A stretch of DNA of 64,000 bases from Fimbriimonadales bacterium. Lineage in GTDB: Bacteria > Armatimonadota > Fimbriimonadia > Fimbriimonadales > JABRVX01. The translations under genes were made by a program, and so were the position numbers. This document shows positions 36,293 to 46,457 of this stretch, in pieces. Numbering within the stretch: the first letter of the stretch is position 1; every line of letters starts with the position of its first letter. The notes under the pieces are model-generated. The model did not search any database, was not told the DNA's origin, and saw only the letters and a list, made by a program, of their open reading frames with translations. The DNA is taken from positions 12,992 through 76,991 of the forward strand of contig BTVI01000014.1 in the NCBI GenBank assembly GCA_045862955.1. The letters run 5' to 3'.

Positions 36293-37204
36293 ATGGATGA
36301 ACTGATCCAACAGCTCATCGTTGGTCTGCAGGCGGGGGCGGTCTATGCGCTGATCGCCCTCGGCTACACAATGGTCTATGGGGTGCTCCGGCTTATCAAC
36401 TTCGCGCACGGCGAAGTGTACATGGTCGGAGCGTTCACTGCGCTCTTCATCTCCCGCTGGCTGCAGGCCCCTGCCGAACCGACTGTGTGGAAGCTCGTCG
36501 CGATGCTGGTGGGGGCGATGGCTGTGTGCACGCTGCTCGGGATGAGCATCGAGTACTTTGCCTATCGCCCGCTACGAAAGCAGCCGCGCATCGCTTCCCT
36601 CATCACCGCAATCGGCGTATCGCTCTTCCTGCAGAACGTAGCGATCCTCATCTTCCCGATCAATCCGCCCCCCGCCATCTCCCCGAACGTCATGCCGTTC
36701 CCGCCGTCGTTCTCCGTGGGTGCGGTGCGCGTGGACATCGGCAAGATGACCATCCTGGCGATGTCCGTGTTGCTGATGTTCATCCTTCGCTGGCTAGTGA
36801 TGGGCACGAAGATGGGGCGCGGAATGCGAGCGGCCTCCCACGACTTCGATGCCGCTGCTCTGATGGGAGTGAACGTCAATAAGGTGGTGACGTTCACATT
36901 CGCCGTAGGTTCTGCTCTCGCGGGTGCCGCGGCTATGCTGAACGCCACCTTCCTGGGCACCACCCTCAACAACGTGTACGGGCTGATGCCAGGCGTCAAG
37001 GCGTTCGTGGCTGCGGTACTGGGTGGCATCGGCAACATTCCCGGAGCGGCTCTCGGAGGGATGCTGATGGGGCTTGCCGAGACCGGGGTCTCCGCCATCG
37101 GTTTCTCCAACTATCGCGACGCCGTGGCGTTCGTGATACTCATCGTGGTGCTTCTTCTGCGACCAGGCGGCCTGCTCGGCAGTGCAAAGGCGGAGAAGGT
37201 CTGA
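36293..37204 (+). CDS. livH: Branched-chain amino acid ABC permease
   Basis: YALIALGYTMVYGVLRLINFAHGE, KAFVAAVLGGIG, RPGGLLG. Confidence 0.95.
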   Translation: MDELIQQLIVGLQAGAVYALIALGYTMVYGVLRLINFAHGEVYMVGAFTALFISRWLQAPAEPTVWKLVAMLVGAMAVCTLLGMSIEYFAYRPLRKQPRIASLITAIGVSLFLQNVAILIFPINPPPAISPNVMPFPPSFSVGAVRVDIGKMTILAMSVLLMFILRWLVMGTKMGRGMRAASHDFDAAALMGVNVNKVVTFTFAVGSALAGAAAMLNATFLGTTLNNVYGLMPGVKAFVAAVLGGIGNIPGAALGGMLMGLAETGVSAIGFSNYRDAVAFVILIVVLLLRPGGLLGSAKAEKV

Positions 37205-38421
37205 TGGGGCGCTACTGGACCGTCCGCATATTGAGCATCATCGCGGTGCTGGCGTTAGTGTGGGCCATCGGCAACTACGTGGACAATTACATGCTGAAGG
37301 GTGCTGCGGCTAGCTGGCGCCGCGTGATCTACCTCTGCAGCTTCTACAGCATCCTCGCCGTCAGCCTGAACCTCATCAATGGCATCACGGGGCAGTTCTC
37401 CATCGGGCACGCAGCGTTCTACCAAGTAGGTGCCTATTCCGCCGCTTACATGTCGTCTCGCGTTCTCACCGAGTCGGGTTTGCCGGGGCCGGTTCTGCTG
37501 CTGCTCGTCACCGTGCTTGGCGCGGTGTTCGCCGGTGTCGCGGGTTGGGTGGTAGGGTTGCCTTCGCTGCGCTTGAAAGGCGATTACCTGGCCATCGCCA
37601 CCCTCGGCTTCGGCGAGATCGTGCGCATCATCGTGCTCAATCAGAAGTGGCTGGGCGGGTCTTACGGCATGACGGGCATTCCTGGCCTGACGCAGCTTTC
37701 GTACGTACTCCTGCTCGTAATCATCGCCGTAGCGGTTTCGCGGAACCTCTGCAAGACCGCCCATGGCCTGGCCTTCGTAGCCATCCGCGAGGATGAAGTG
37801 GCTGCCGACGCGATGGGAGTGAACACGACCCGCTTCAAGGTGTGGGCTTTCGTGATCGGAGCAGCGCTTGCGGGCGCTGCAGGATCCGTATATGGACACT
37901 ATGAGGAGTTCTTGTCGCCCGACTCGTTCAAGATGGACGTATCCTTTATAGTGCTCACGATGGTAGTGGTCGGAGGCTCGGGCAGCATCACGGGCTCGCT
38001 CATCGCGGCAGTAACGCTGATCGCGCTGCAGGAGCGGCTCGCGTATATCTCTCCGATCCCCGCGGGGCCGCTCTATGGAGTTGCTGTGTTCATGCTACTC
38101 GGGGCGCTAATCACTAGCAGTGCGTGCAGACGACTGCGGCCGCGGCGACTAGTCACGTTCTCGGCGTGGCTGGGGACCGTGGTGGCAGCATTGGTGCTCG
38201 GAGTCGTAGTCGGGAAGATGATGAGCGACGTGTCTAGCCTTGCTCCCGCAATGACGAAGACGTACCGGCCCTCGGACCTGCGAATGGTTCTGTTCGCGCT
38301 CAGCCTCATTATCATCATGCTGGCACGGCCCCAGGGGTTGCTGGGCCGCTCCGAGTTCTCGCTTGCCGCGCTGGGTAGGATTTTCGGCTCGGGTAAGAGC
38401 ACCTCGGGGGCGAGGGCGTGA
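37204..38421 (+). CDS. livM: Branched-chain amino acid ABC permease
   Basis: GQFSIGHAAF, LRLKGDYLAIATLGFGEIVR, AIREDEVAA. Confidence 0.95.
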   Translation: MGRYWTVRILSIIAVLALVWAIGNYVDNYMLKGAAASWRRVIYLCSFYSILAVSLNLINGITGQFSIGHAAFYQVGAYSAAYMSSRVLTESGLPGPVLLLLVTVLGAVFAGVAGWVVGLPSLRLKGDYLAIATLGFGEIVRIIVLNQKWLGGSYGMTGIPGLTQLSYVLLLVIIAVAVSRNLCKTAHGLAFVAIREDEVAADAMGVNTTRFKVWAFVIGAALAGAAGSVYGHYEEFLSPDSFKMDVSFIVLTMVVVGGSGSITGSLIAAVTLIALQERLAYISPIPAGPLYGVAVFMLLGALITSSACRRLRPRRLVTFSAWLGTVVAALVLGVVVGKMMSDVSSLAPAMTKTYRPSDLRMVLFALSLIIIMLARPQGLLGRSEFSLAALGRIFGSGKSTSGARA

Positions 38422-39194
38422 CCAACGGCGGCCCGATGCTCCGGCTCGACCAGGCGACCATTCGTTTCGGTGGACTGGTTGCGGTCGACCGGTTAGACCT
38501 GAACGTGCACGACGGCCAGCTATTCGGCATGATAGGCCCGAATGGTGCAGGGAAGACAACCGCCTTTAACATGATAACAGGCGTCTACGAGCCTACTAGC
38601 GGGTCCATCACTTTCCAGGGCAAGCCCCTCGTCGGGCTGCGACCTTTTCAGGTTGCGGCTCGGGGCATCGCGCGTACGTTTCAAAACATCCGTCTCTTCG
38701 GCTCGATGACTGCACTGGAGAATGTCGTCGTCGGCTGCTTTCTCAGGCATCGCTCATCGCTAGCATCCGCAATCGGCCTGCTCCCTTCTGCCCTGTTGGA
38801 GACACAACGGTTCCGGAGCGAGGCGATGGAGCTGCTGGACCTAATGGGTCTGGCAGACTGTGCTTCGGCCCGAGCGGCGGACCTACCATATGGGCGGCAG
38901 CGGCGTCTGGAGATCGCCCGCGCACTCGCCACACGCTCCAAGTTGCTCCTGCTCGACGAGCCAGCCGCGGGGATGAACCCTCGCGAAAGCGAAGAGCTGA
39001 TGCAGATGATCCGTCGCCTGCGAGACGAGTTCAAGCAGACGATCCTCCTAATCGAGCACGACATGCGTGTCGTGATGGGCGTGTGTGAGCGGATCGTGGT
39101 GCTAGACCATGGCGCCAAGATCGCCGAAGGGCCTCCAGACGACATCCGCCGAGACCCCCGCGTGATCGAAGCGTATCTCGGTGAGGCCAACTGA
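38418..39194 (+). CDS. livG: Branched-chain amino acid ABC ATP-binding protein
   Basis: GPNGAGKTT, RTFQNIRLF, LPYGRQRRLEIARAL, LLLDEPAAG, VIEAYLG. Confidence 0.95.
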   Translation: MTNGGPMLRLDQATIRFGGLVAVDRLDLNVHDGQLFGMIGPNGAGKTTAFNMITGVYEPTSGSITFQGKPLVGLRPFQVAARGIARTFQNIRLFGSMTALENVVVGCFLRHRSSLASAIGLLPSALLETQRFRSEAMELLDLMGLADCASARAADLPYGRQRRLEIARALATRSKLLLLDEPAAGMNPRESEELMQMIRRLRDEFKQTILLIEHDMRVVMGVCERIVVLDHGAKIAEGPPDDIRRDPRVIEAYLGEAN

Positions 39195-40942
39195 TGCTGC
39201 TCGCCCTTCTGCTGATGCTCACAGCGGGGGCAGACGACCTCCGGGTCCCCATGCAGTCGTCCGAGCCACTCGCCATCACGGATGTCGTCTGCCCCGAACG
39301 AGCCGAGGCTAACCGAATGATCGAGATTCGGGTGCTGCTGAAGGGCTCGTACACCAACCCGTTCCACCGTGCGCAGATCGAGGTGAACGCAGAGATCTCG
39401 GGACCGAGGGAGACTAAGTGGAGTGTGCCCGCATTCTACTACCAAGACTTCTCGCGGTCCGTCCTCGCGGGAAAAGAGACGCTGAGGCGTGAGGGCGTGC
39501 CAGAGTGGCGGGTGCGCTTCCGGCCCACCCGCCCCGGCCGATGGAGTATCAAGATCGGCGCGGTCGACCTTAACTCGCGAACCGAATCGAAGTCGTACCG
39601 AATCGAGGTCGCCTCCTCTCGAGTCAAGGGGAAGATTCAGCCTAGTAAGTCTTCGCCGGCGTATCTGGAGTACGAGGATGGTGAGCCGTTTTTCGGAGTT
39701 GGCCTGAACCTGGGATGGCCCGGCGCTAGAGGCCTAGACGACTACGAGGAGTGGTTCGAGAAGCTCGCGGAGAACGGGGGCAACCTAGTGCGCGTTTGGA
39801 GCTTCCCTGGCTGGGCCGGCTTGGAGTGGAGCGACCAGCAGGACGGCACCTGGCGCAGAGGCACGTTCTATGGCCTCGGCAAGTACAGCCTGGACAACGC
39901 ATGGCTCCTAGACGGTCTGCTAGCGGCTGCGGATCGGCATGGTATACGCGTGCTGCTGTGCCTCGGCACCTACGGCGAGCTGAAGCAGGACAAGGGCTTC
40001 TGGAACGAGCAGTTGTGGCAGGTCAACCCCTACAACGCCGCTCTGGGAGGTCCGTGCAAGGACCCCGAGGAGTTCTTCACCGATCTCAAAGCGCGTTCGT
40101 TCTACCGTCGTCGCCTGGAATACATCGTAGCTCGATACGCCGCGTACCCTTCGCTATTCGGGTGGGAGTTGTGGAACGAGGTCCATGCACCCGACTATTG
40201 GGTCCACGAGATGGCGCAGGAGCTGATCGCACAGGACCCGTACAAGCATCCGGTAACCACCAGCTACGGCTCGGAGGCGGTCTGGAAGCTCGGCGGGATC
40301 GGTTTGCTCACCAACCACCTCTACGGTGATGGCACCCAGACCGACCTGGCCGAGAGAATCGAGAAGCTGGGCCGAGAGAACTCACAGTTCGGAAAGCCGC
40401 ACTTGCTTACCGAGCTGGGCATAGACTTCAAGAAGCCCGACCGGGAGTTCGATCCTCAGCGACTTGCAGTCAACTTGCGGATGGGCCTCTGGCAGGCGGC
40501 GGCCTCCGGCTTCGCGGCAGGTGCGCTGAACTGGTGGTGGGATAACTACGTGGCGGCCGCCGATCTATGGAACGTGTACAAGCCGTTCGCCGCGGCGGTA
40601 CGGCTTGTGCCTTGGACGAAATCCCCGATGCGGCCCGTTACTTTCGAGCGGACGCCTGCCGGAGTGGTGTGCACGGGCGTCGTGAGCGATCACGGAGGCT
40701 TCGTCTGGCTGAGGTCGCAGACCTACAATTGGCGGGATTGGAAAGGGGAAGAGAGCCTCCACGCCCCGACCGCGCTGGAGCTACGCGGTGCTAAGGACGG
40801 TGAGTGGAAGGCAATTTGGTGGGACACCCATAAAGGCGTCGAGTTGGGGTCAGAGCAACTGGTCGTAAGGAACGGAGCAATGCGACTTCGTACTGTCCCG
40901 TTCTCATCTAGCTTGGCACTCCTGCTTACCAGGGAGCGATGA
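39194..40942 (+). CDS. DUF5060 plus clan-A (GH5-like) TIM-barrel glycoside hydrolase
   Basis: YTNPF, WRVRFRPTRPGRW (DUF5060-like); WELWNE acid/base motif; KPHLLTELG nucleophile motif; WWWD. Confidence 0.8.
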   Translation: MLLALLLMLTAGADDLRVPMQSSEPLAITDVVCPERAEANRMIEIRVLLKGSYTNPFHRAQIEVNAEISGPRETKWSVPAFYYQDFSRSVLAGKETLRREGVPEWRVRFRPTRPGRWSIKIGAVDLNSRTESKSYRIEVASSRVKGKIQPSKSSPAYLEYEDGEPFFGVGLNLGWPGARGLDDYEEWFEKLAENGGNLVRVWSFPGWAGLEWSDQQDGTWRRGTFYGLGKYSLDNAWLLDGLLAAADRHGIRVLLCLGTYGELKQDKGFWNEQLWQVNPYNAALGGPCKDPEEFFTDLKARSFYRRRLEYIVARYAAYPSLFGWELWNEVHAPDYWVHEMAQELIAQDPYKHPVTTSYGSEAVWKLGGIGLLTNHLYGDGTQTDLAERIEKLGRENSQFGKPHLLTELGIDFKKPDREFDPQRLAVNLRMGLWQAAASGFAAGALNWWWDNYVAAADLWNVYKPFAAAVRLVPWTKSPMRPVTFERTPAGVVCTGVVSDHGGFVWLRSQTYNWRDWKGEESLHAPTALELRGAKDGEWKAIWWDTHKGVELGSEQLVVRNGAMRLRTVPFSSSLALLLTRER

Positions 40943-40979
40943 GACAGGCGGGTAGAATGGCACTGTTCTGGGGGTGCAA

Positions 40980-41003
40980 GCCTCCACCATGAGCGGTGGA
41001 GGC
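40980..41003. terminator. GC-rich hairpin of the same family as 20141 and 36161
   Basis: GCCTCCACC-atgagc-GGTGGAGGC followed by ATTT. Confidence 0.5.
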
Positions 41004-41029
41004 ATTTCGGTTATCCAAAGGAGGTTGAC

Positions 41030-42772
41030 ATGGCAGGAGGCATCGAAGCCTTGAAGCCGCGAGGAGGGGAATTCGCACTGCACGGCGTCCCGATCACCGA
41101 TATCTTCATTCCCGAGGAGTTCTCTGCGGAAGAACGGTTAATGGCAGAGACCGCAGAGAAGTTTTGCCGAGGCGAGGTGCTGCCCCTTCAGGATCGCCTG
41201 GATTCGCAAGAGGACGGCCTCATGTTGGGCCTCCTCCAGAAAGCCGCCGAGCTCGGCTTGGCAGGTCCGGATGCTCCGGCGGAGTACGGGGGACTCGGTT
41301 TGGGAAAGCGAGTCGGCGCCCGCATTCAGGAGATGGCCTCGCTCAACGGCTCGTTCGCTGTAACCATCGGCGTCCAGTCGGGTATTGCACAGCTTCCCAT
41401 CGCGCTGTTCGGAACGCCGGAGCAGAAGGCCACGTATCTGCCGAAGCTCAACTCGGGTGAGTGGATGGGAGCCTATGCCCTGAGCGAGCCGAACTATGGC
41501 TCCGACGCTCTAAACGCTGCGAGTCGCGCGGTGCCGTCCGCTGACGGGAAACACTACGTCCTCAACGGCACCAAGATGTGGATTACCAACGCGAAGTGGG
41601 CGGATCTCTTCATCGTGTTCGCACAGCTCGAGGGTTCCAAACTGACGGCGTTCATCGTGGAGCGTGGCTTCCCTGGCGTGGGGGTGGAGAGAGAAGAACA
41701 CAAACTCGGAATGAAGGGCTCGTCCACAGCGCGTGTGACGCTGGACGATGCGCTGGTGCCCGTCGAAAACCTGCTTTATAAGCCGGGCAAGGGACACGTG
41801 GTCGCCCTGAATGCGCTGAACATCGGCCGATTCAAGCTGGGCGCGATGGCGCTCGGACCGGCGAGGGAGTCGCTTCGACTCGCTACGGTGTATTCCAAAG
41901 AGCGGAAACAGTTCGGGAGACCCATCTGCGAGTTCGGGCTGATCCGCCGGAAGCTGGCACGAATGGTGACTGACTACTTTGCCGGTGAAAGTATCCTCTA
42001 TCGCACGGGCGACCTAATCGATCGCGCTCTGGCCACCGTAGACCCGGCGAGCCCGACACTAGCAGACGACAACGCTCGGGCCGTGCAGGAGTTCGCGGCC
42101 GAATGCTCGCTGGTGAAGATCGTCTGCTCAGAGGCGCAGGCGTACATCTGTGACGAGGCGATCCAGATTCACGGTGGCTATGGCTTTACCGAGGAGTACG
42201 ACGTGGCGCGCCACTGGCGCGATGCCCGCGTGAGCCGCATCTACGAGGGCTCCAACGAGATGAACCGGCTCTTCGCCTATGCGCGTATGATGAAGGGCTT
42301 GGCCGAGACGGACGAGGAGAGGCGGTCCCTCCTGGTCCAGGCGCTCGACAGACAGCTCGAGGACCCCGCACCTGCCGATCCTGCGGCCCGCTGCACGGGA
42401 GCTATCCGCACGATGCTGCTACACTGTGCACTCCACTGCCTCTCCAACCCGGAGCGCTCCGCCGACCAGCTCGTGCTGGCGGACATGTCCGACCTGATGG
42501 GCAAGCTGTACGCGACGGAGACGGTGGTGGCTCGGGCTGAGAAGCTTCGCCAGGACGCCGCAGTCGGTTGCGTCGCGCAGGCTGCTGCACTCTACTGCGC
42601 CCACCAGGCGTATGCGGAGGCGATGCGCCTGTCGAGGGATGTGTTGCTTGCCGTGGGCAGCGACCCGGCAAAGCTAGAGGCGTGCGTCTCACAAGAGCGC
42701 ATCGAGTTGCCGCCCCTGATCGAGACCATCGCGCAGAAGACACTGGAAGCGGACGGCTACCCGTTCGGCTAG
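41030..42772 (+). CDS. Acyl-CoA dehydrogenase (FadE/VLCAD-like)
   Basis: AYALSEPNYGSDA, LNGTKMWITNA, KLGMKGSST, ERKQFGRPI, QIHGGYGF, RIYEGSNE. Confidence 0.95.
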   Translation: MAGGIEALKPRGGEFALHGVPITDIFIPEEFSAEERLMAETAEKFCRGEVLPLQDRLDSQEDGLMLGLLQKAAELGLAGPDAPAEYGGLGLGKRVGARIQEMASLNGSFAVTIGVQSGIAQLPIALFGTPEQKATYLPKLNSGEWMGAYALSEPNYGSDALNAASRAVPSADGKHYVLNGTKMWITNAKWADLFIVFAQLEGSKLTAFIVERGFPGVGVEREEHKLGMKGSSTARVTLDDALVPVENLLYKPGKGHVVALNALNIGRFKLGAMALGPARESLRLATVYSKERKQFGRPICEFGLIRRKLARMVTDYFAGESILYRTGDLIDRALATVDPASPTLADDNARAVQEFAAECSLVKIVCSEAQAYICDEAIQIHGGYGFTEEYDVARHWRDARVSRIYEGSNEMNRLFAYARMMKGLAETDEERRSLLVQALDRQLEDPAPADPAARCTGAIRTMLLHCALHCLSNPERSADQLVLADMSDLMGKLYATETVVARAEKLRQDAAVGCVAQAAALYCAHQAYAEAMRLSRDVLLAVGSDPAKLEACVSQERIELPPLIETIAQKTLEADGYPFG

Positions 42773-42781
42773 GGAGGAAAC

Positions 42782-43858
42782 ATGGCACACAAAGTGACGA
42801 TTATCTTGGGGGATGGCACCGGACCGGAGCTGTGCGCAGCCACTCGCCACGTGCTGGACCATTCGGGTGCGAGCATCGAATGGGAAGAGGCGGTCGCGGG
42901 CGAGTCGGCGTTGGCTACTCACGGAACGCTCTTGCCGGAGCAGACACTCGAATCCATCCGGCGCAACGGGGTGGCGCTCAAGGGCCCAATCACCACGCCT
43001 ATCGGCACCGGCTTCCGAAGTGTCAACGTGGCACTGCGGCACGAGCTGAATCTCTATGCCTGCGTAAGGCCTTGCAAGAGCTACAAAGGGGTGCGCAGCC
43101 GCTACGACAACGTGGACTTGGTGATCGTCCGAGAGAATACCGAGGACCTGTATGCGGGTGTCGAATGGCCCAAGGGAAGTGACGAGGCCAACCGCGTGAT
43201 CGAGATGTCGGGAGGGAAGATCGCAGCCGGTTCCGCCATTTCGATCAAGCCGATTTCCGAGGAGGGGTCGCGGCGCATTGTCCGCTACGCCTTCGAGTAC
43301 GCGGCGAAAAACGGTCGGCGCAGAGTCACTGCGGTGTGCAAGGCCAACATCATGAAGTACACCGACGGGCTGTTCTACGACGTGGCCCGAGAGGTGGCCA
43401 AGGCCTACGAGGGGCAGATCGAGTACTCGGAGACGCTCGTGGACGCTATGTGCATGCAGCTCGTGATGCGTCCCGAGGAGTCCGACGTGCTAGTAATGCC
43501 GAACCTCTACGGCGACATCCTGAGCGACTTGTGCGCCGGTCTCGTTGGCGGTTTGGGCGTCGCGCCGGGAGCGAACATTGGCGACAAAGGTGCGTTGTTC
43601 GAGGCTACCCACGGCTCAGCTCCCAAGTACACCGGCCAGAACAAGGTCAATCCCACGGCAATGATCTTGAGCGGCGTGCTGATGCTGCGCCACATCGGCG
43701 AGAAAGACGCCGCGGACCGCGTCGAAAGCGCGGTTGCTGCAGTCATCGAAGAAGGGAAGTACGTCACGTACGACTTCAAGCCCACCCGGGACGATCCGAC
43801 TGCGGTGGGAACGTGGGAGATGGCAGACGCGATCGTCCGTCGCATGCAGAGCCTCTAG
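42782..43858 (+). CDS. icd: Isocitrate/isopropylmalate dehydrogenase family, probably NAD-dependent isocitrate dehydrogenase
   Basis: [59 protein letters not shown]. Confidence 0.85.
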   Translation: MAHKVTIILGDGTGPELCAATRHVLDHSGASIEWEEAVAGESALATHGTLLPEQTLESIRRNGVALKGPITTPIGTGFRSVNVALRHELNLYACVRPCKSYKGVRSRYDNVDLVIVRENTEDLYAGVEWPKGSDEANRVIEMSGGKIAAGSAISIKPISEEGSRRIVRYAFEYAAKNGRRRVTAVCKANIMKYTDGLFYDVAREVAKAYEGQIEYSETLVDAMCMQLVMRPEESDVLVMPNLYGDILSDLCAGLVGGLGVAPGANIGDKGALFEATHGSAPKYTGQNKVNPTAMILSGVLMLRHIGEKDAADRVESAVAAVIEEGKYVTYDFKPTRDDPTAVGTWEMADAIVRRMQSL

Positions 43859-43882
43859 GGCGCCCGCGACGTAGCGTCCCCT

Positions 43883-44038
43883 ATGCCCCGGCCCGCGTCC
43901 GCCGGCAAGGCTTGTCACGCCGAGGGAGCAGAGAAGCGCGGAGATCGCGAAGATCATCTCCCATGCCCCTGCCCGCGTCCGCCGCTCAGCACCGACCTAC
44001 GGGCCTGCTCCGGCCAGAGGACCGCGCCGGGGCATGAG
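43883..44038. repeat. Composite repeat, left direct-repeat flank of the PEP-CTERM cluster
   Basis: ATGCCCCGGCCCGCGTC..GCCGAGGGAGCAGAGAAGCGCGGAGA..CATCTCCCATGCCCC..CAGCACCGACCT, matched at 47248-47354. Confidence 0.85.
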
Positions 44039-44315
44039 TGGCAACCTCCGCGTCGGTACGGCAATGGGCTTTTTCGACAGGCCACTACGCGGGAACGACG
44101 AGCACTACTGCTGGAAAGGCAGCAGCCGAGCTTGCATATGCACCTTCTTGTCATTTCCGCGAAGGCGGGACCCCACTCCTCAGAATCCCGGCACACCTCT
44201 GCCTCCCAGCACCTGTTTCCGGGTCCAGTGGAGACGGGTCAAGCAGACGATTGCATCGGGCAACTGCATTTGCCTGGCCGCCACCCGCGAATCCACGGTA
44301 ATGCGTGGAAAGCAC

Positions 44316-44362
44316 TTGACGGAGCGGCCAGAATACGATATGATAAAGGCACTGCTTTGGCG
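44316..44362 (+). promoter_or_regulatory. sigma70 promoter plus conserved GCACTGCTTTGGCG motif
   Basis: TTGACG-N17-TATGAT-N4-GCACTGCTTTGGCG. Confidence 0.7.
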
Positions 44363-44522
44363 GGAGCTGCATAGCTTCCGCAGTGTGTCCAGGTTGTGCC
44401 CCTGCTATATTGGATGGTAAGTACTGAGGCAGGAACTGCATCAGGCTTCGAGGCAGACCTCTCGCTTCGTAGCGCTTGCCGGCCTGGGCCGCGCAGTCTC
44501 GATCACGAAAAGGGAGGATTAC

Positions 44523-45227
44523 ATGAAGCTTCGGGCCATCGCCCTATTTGCCTTGGTGACTCTGGCCGGGCTAAGCCGGGCAGCCCCCATCACTATCATG
44601 GACCAGATCGGTCCGGATAGCTCGTACACTCCCGGTTGGATCTACGCATCCCAGGAGACCGTAGGCTCGCCCCTTTACGAGGTGGTGTCAGCCGACGACT
44701 TTGCGACCGTGGCTTCCGGCTACATCATTACGAAAGTTCAGGCGGTAATCGGCTTCTACAACGAAGCCGGACCCGCGGCCGGTCCCAACGACGTGTACGC
44801 CTATCGGCTGGAGATCTACTCGAGCCCCACCGCAGCCGGCAACAGCCTATCCGGCGATGTTGCGCATTACCTGTTCGGGCCCGAGCAGCTCCAGGTGACA
44901 CCTTGGGCAACCGACTTTGCGAACCAGCACCTGGTGACGATCACCGGCCTCAACCTCGTCCTCACACCGAACCAGACCTACTGGGTCGGGCTGATTCCGG
45001 TCATGCCGCTGCAGGGCCTCGGTTGGTCCGGCATCGGTGCCTCGACCTACGCCGGAGAGCCCGCGAACGGGTCCGCTGTACAAGCAAACCCGAATGGCGG
45101 ATTCGGCAACGGTCCTTCGTGGACGGTATCAGCCAACTTCGCGTACCGGATCGAGGCCGTTCCGGAGCCTAGCTCGGCAGCCCTTCTGGGGCTCGGAGCG
45201 CTTGCACTGGTGCGAAGGCGACGATAG
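44523..45227 (+). CDS. PEP-CTERM sorting domain protein
   Basis: Signal peptide; C-terminal AVPEPSSAALLGLGALALVRRRR. Confidence 0.93.
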   Translation: MKLRAIALFALVTLAGLSRAAPITIMDQIGPDSSYTPGWIYASQETVGSPLYEVVSADDFATVASGYIITKVQAVIGFYNEAGPAAGPNDVYAYRLEIYSSPTAAGNSLSGDVAHYLFGPEQLQVTPWATDFANQHLVTITGLNLVLTPNQTYWVGLIPVMPLQGLGWSGIGASTYAGEPANGSAVQANPNGGFGNGPSWTVSANFAYRIEAVPEPSSAALLGLGALALVRRRR

Positions 45228-45274
45228 TGAACTCAGTCCTCCGTCGGCCCTCCCACGGGCCGCGGTGCTTTGGA

Positions 45275-45300
45275 AAGGGGCGGCTCTCGAGCCGCCCCTT
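45275..45300. terminator. Hairpin between PEP-CTERM genes 1 and 2
   Basis: AAGGGGCGGCTC-tc-GAGCCGCCCCTT. Confidence 0.55.
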
Positions 45301-45473
45301 CCATCTTGCGCCAGCCGCGAGCCGGATCGGATGTCTCGCTGCCCACCAACGGCACGATCGGCACAGAACTTGCCCTCGGATGGGGTGAATGTTCTGGCGG
45401 GCGCTCGGACGAGCGCACCAAGCATGCGGTCTGCGCTCGTTTGCGTCGGCGTGAGACAGAAAGGGAATCCAAT

Positions 45474-46175
45474 ATGACGACACGAACCCTCGCCATCTCT
45501 GCCTTGGCACTAGCCACTGGCATGGCCCGGGCAGAAACGATCATGGACCAGATCGGTCCGGACAACTCGTATACGCCTGGATGGATCTATGCCTCCCAGG
45601 AAACCGTGGGGTCACCCCTGTACGAGGTAGTCGCGGCGGACGACTTCACTACCACCGACACCGGCTACATCCTCAGCAGCGTCGAGGCGGTTATCGGCTT
45701 CTTCAACGAGAATGGAAGCGCCGCCGGACCCGAGGACGTGTATGCCTACCGACTCGAAATCTACTCCAGCCAGGCTGCTGCCGGAAATAATCTGGCCGGC
45801 GACGTAGGGCACTACCTCTTCGGCCCCGAGCAACTGCTCGTGACGCCTTGGGCTACGGACTACGCGAACCAACACCTGGTGACGATCACCGGCCTGAACC
45901 TGGAGCTTGCACCCAACCAGACGTACTGGGTCGGCCTAATCCCCGTGATGCCGCTGCAGGGCCTCGGTTGGTCCGGCATCGGTGCATCTACCTATCCGGG
46001 GTATCTGGCTAACAGCTCGTCGCTGCAGGCGAACCCGAGCGGCGGGTTCGGCAACGGTTCCTCCTGGGGAACGCCGGTCAACCTTGCGTACCGGGTGAAC
46101 GCGGTGCCCGAGCCGGGCACGCTGGTCGCTCTCGGCATCGGTCTGGCTGCACTGGCTCGACGGCGCAGAAGCTAG
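45474..46175 (+). CDS. PEP-CTERM sorting domain protein, close paralog of 44523..45227
   Basis: MTTRTLAISALALATGMARA signal; AVPEPGTLVALGIGLAALARRRRS; shared TIMDQIGPD.SYTPGWIYASQETVGSPLYEVV. Confidence 0.93.
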   Translation: MTTRTLAISALALATGMARAETIMDQIGPDNSYTPGWIYASQETVGSPLYEVVAADDFTTTDTGYILSSVEAVIGFFNENGSAAGPEDVYAYRLEIYSSQAAAGNNLAGDVGHYLFGPEQLLVTPWATDYANQHLVTITGLNLELAPNQTYWVGLIPVMPLQGLGWSGIGASTYPGYLANSSSLQANPSGGFGNGSSWGTPVNLAYRVNAVPEPGTLVALGIGLAALARRRRS

Positions 46176-46333
46176 TCTCGATCTCCCGCCGACGAGCCGT
46201 ACGGAGCCGAATAGTCACGTTCGCCACGCGCGACTACGCTCTCTGACAGCCAAATACTTAGAATATGCAAGCATCGGGCACCTCGAGTTACGGGGCGAGC
46301 CCAGCAAATATACCAGAATCTGGTTCGAGGCCC

Positions 46334-46380
46334 TTGACGGTCCAAAGGACCTGTTGTAAGATACGCGCACTGCTTTGGCG
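46334..46380 (+). promoter_or_regulatory. sigma70 promoter plus conserved GCACTGCTTTGGCG motif
   Basis: TTGACG-N17-TAAGAT-N4-GCACTGCTTTGGCG. Confidence 0.7.
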
Positions 46381-46457
46381 AGCGCGGTGGCGCTCTTGCT
46401 TTGTGATCGGGTCGCGCTCCTCCTGTAATCTGGTGCCAATCGGAAAAGGAGTGCACT

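Noticed and set aside
40978..41010. IS200/IS605 end hairpin
   Set aside because: Only superficial similarity; no tnpA/tnpB nearby, and it fits the local hairpin family.
44348..44361. sigma54 promoter (GG-N10-GC) for the PEP-CTERM genes
   Set aside because: The second copy at 46366 lacks the invariant GG, and both sit downstream of well-spaced sigma70 boxes.
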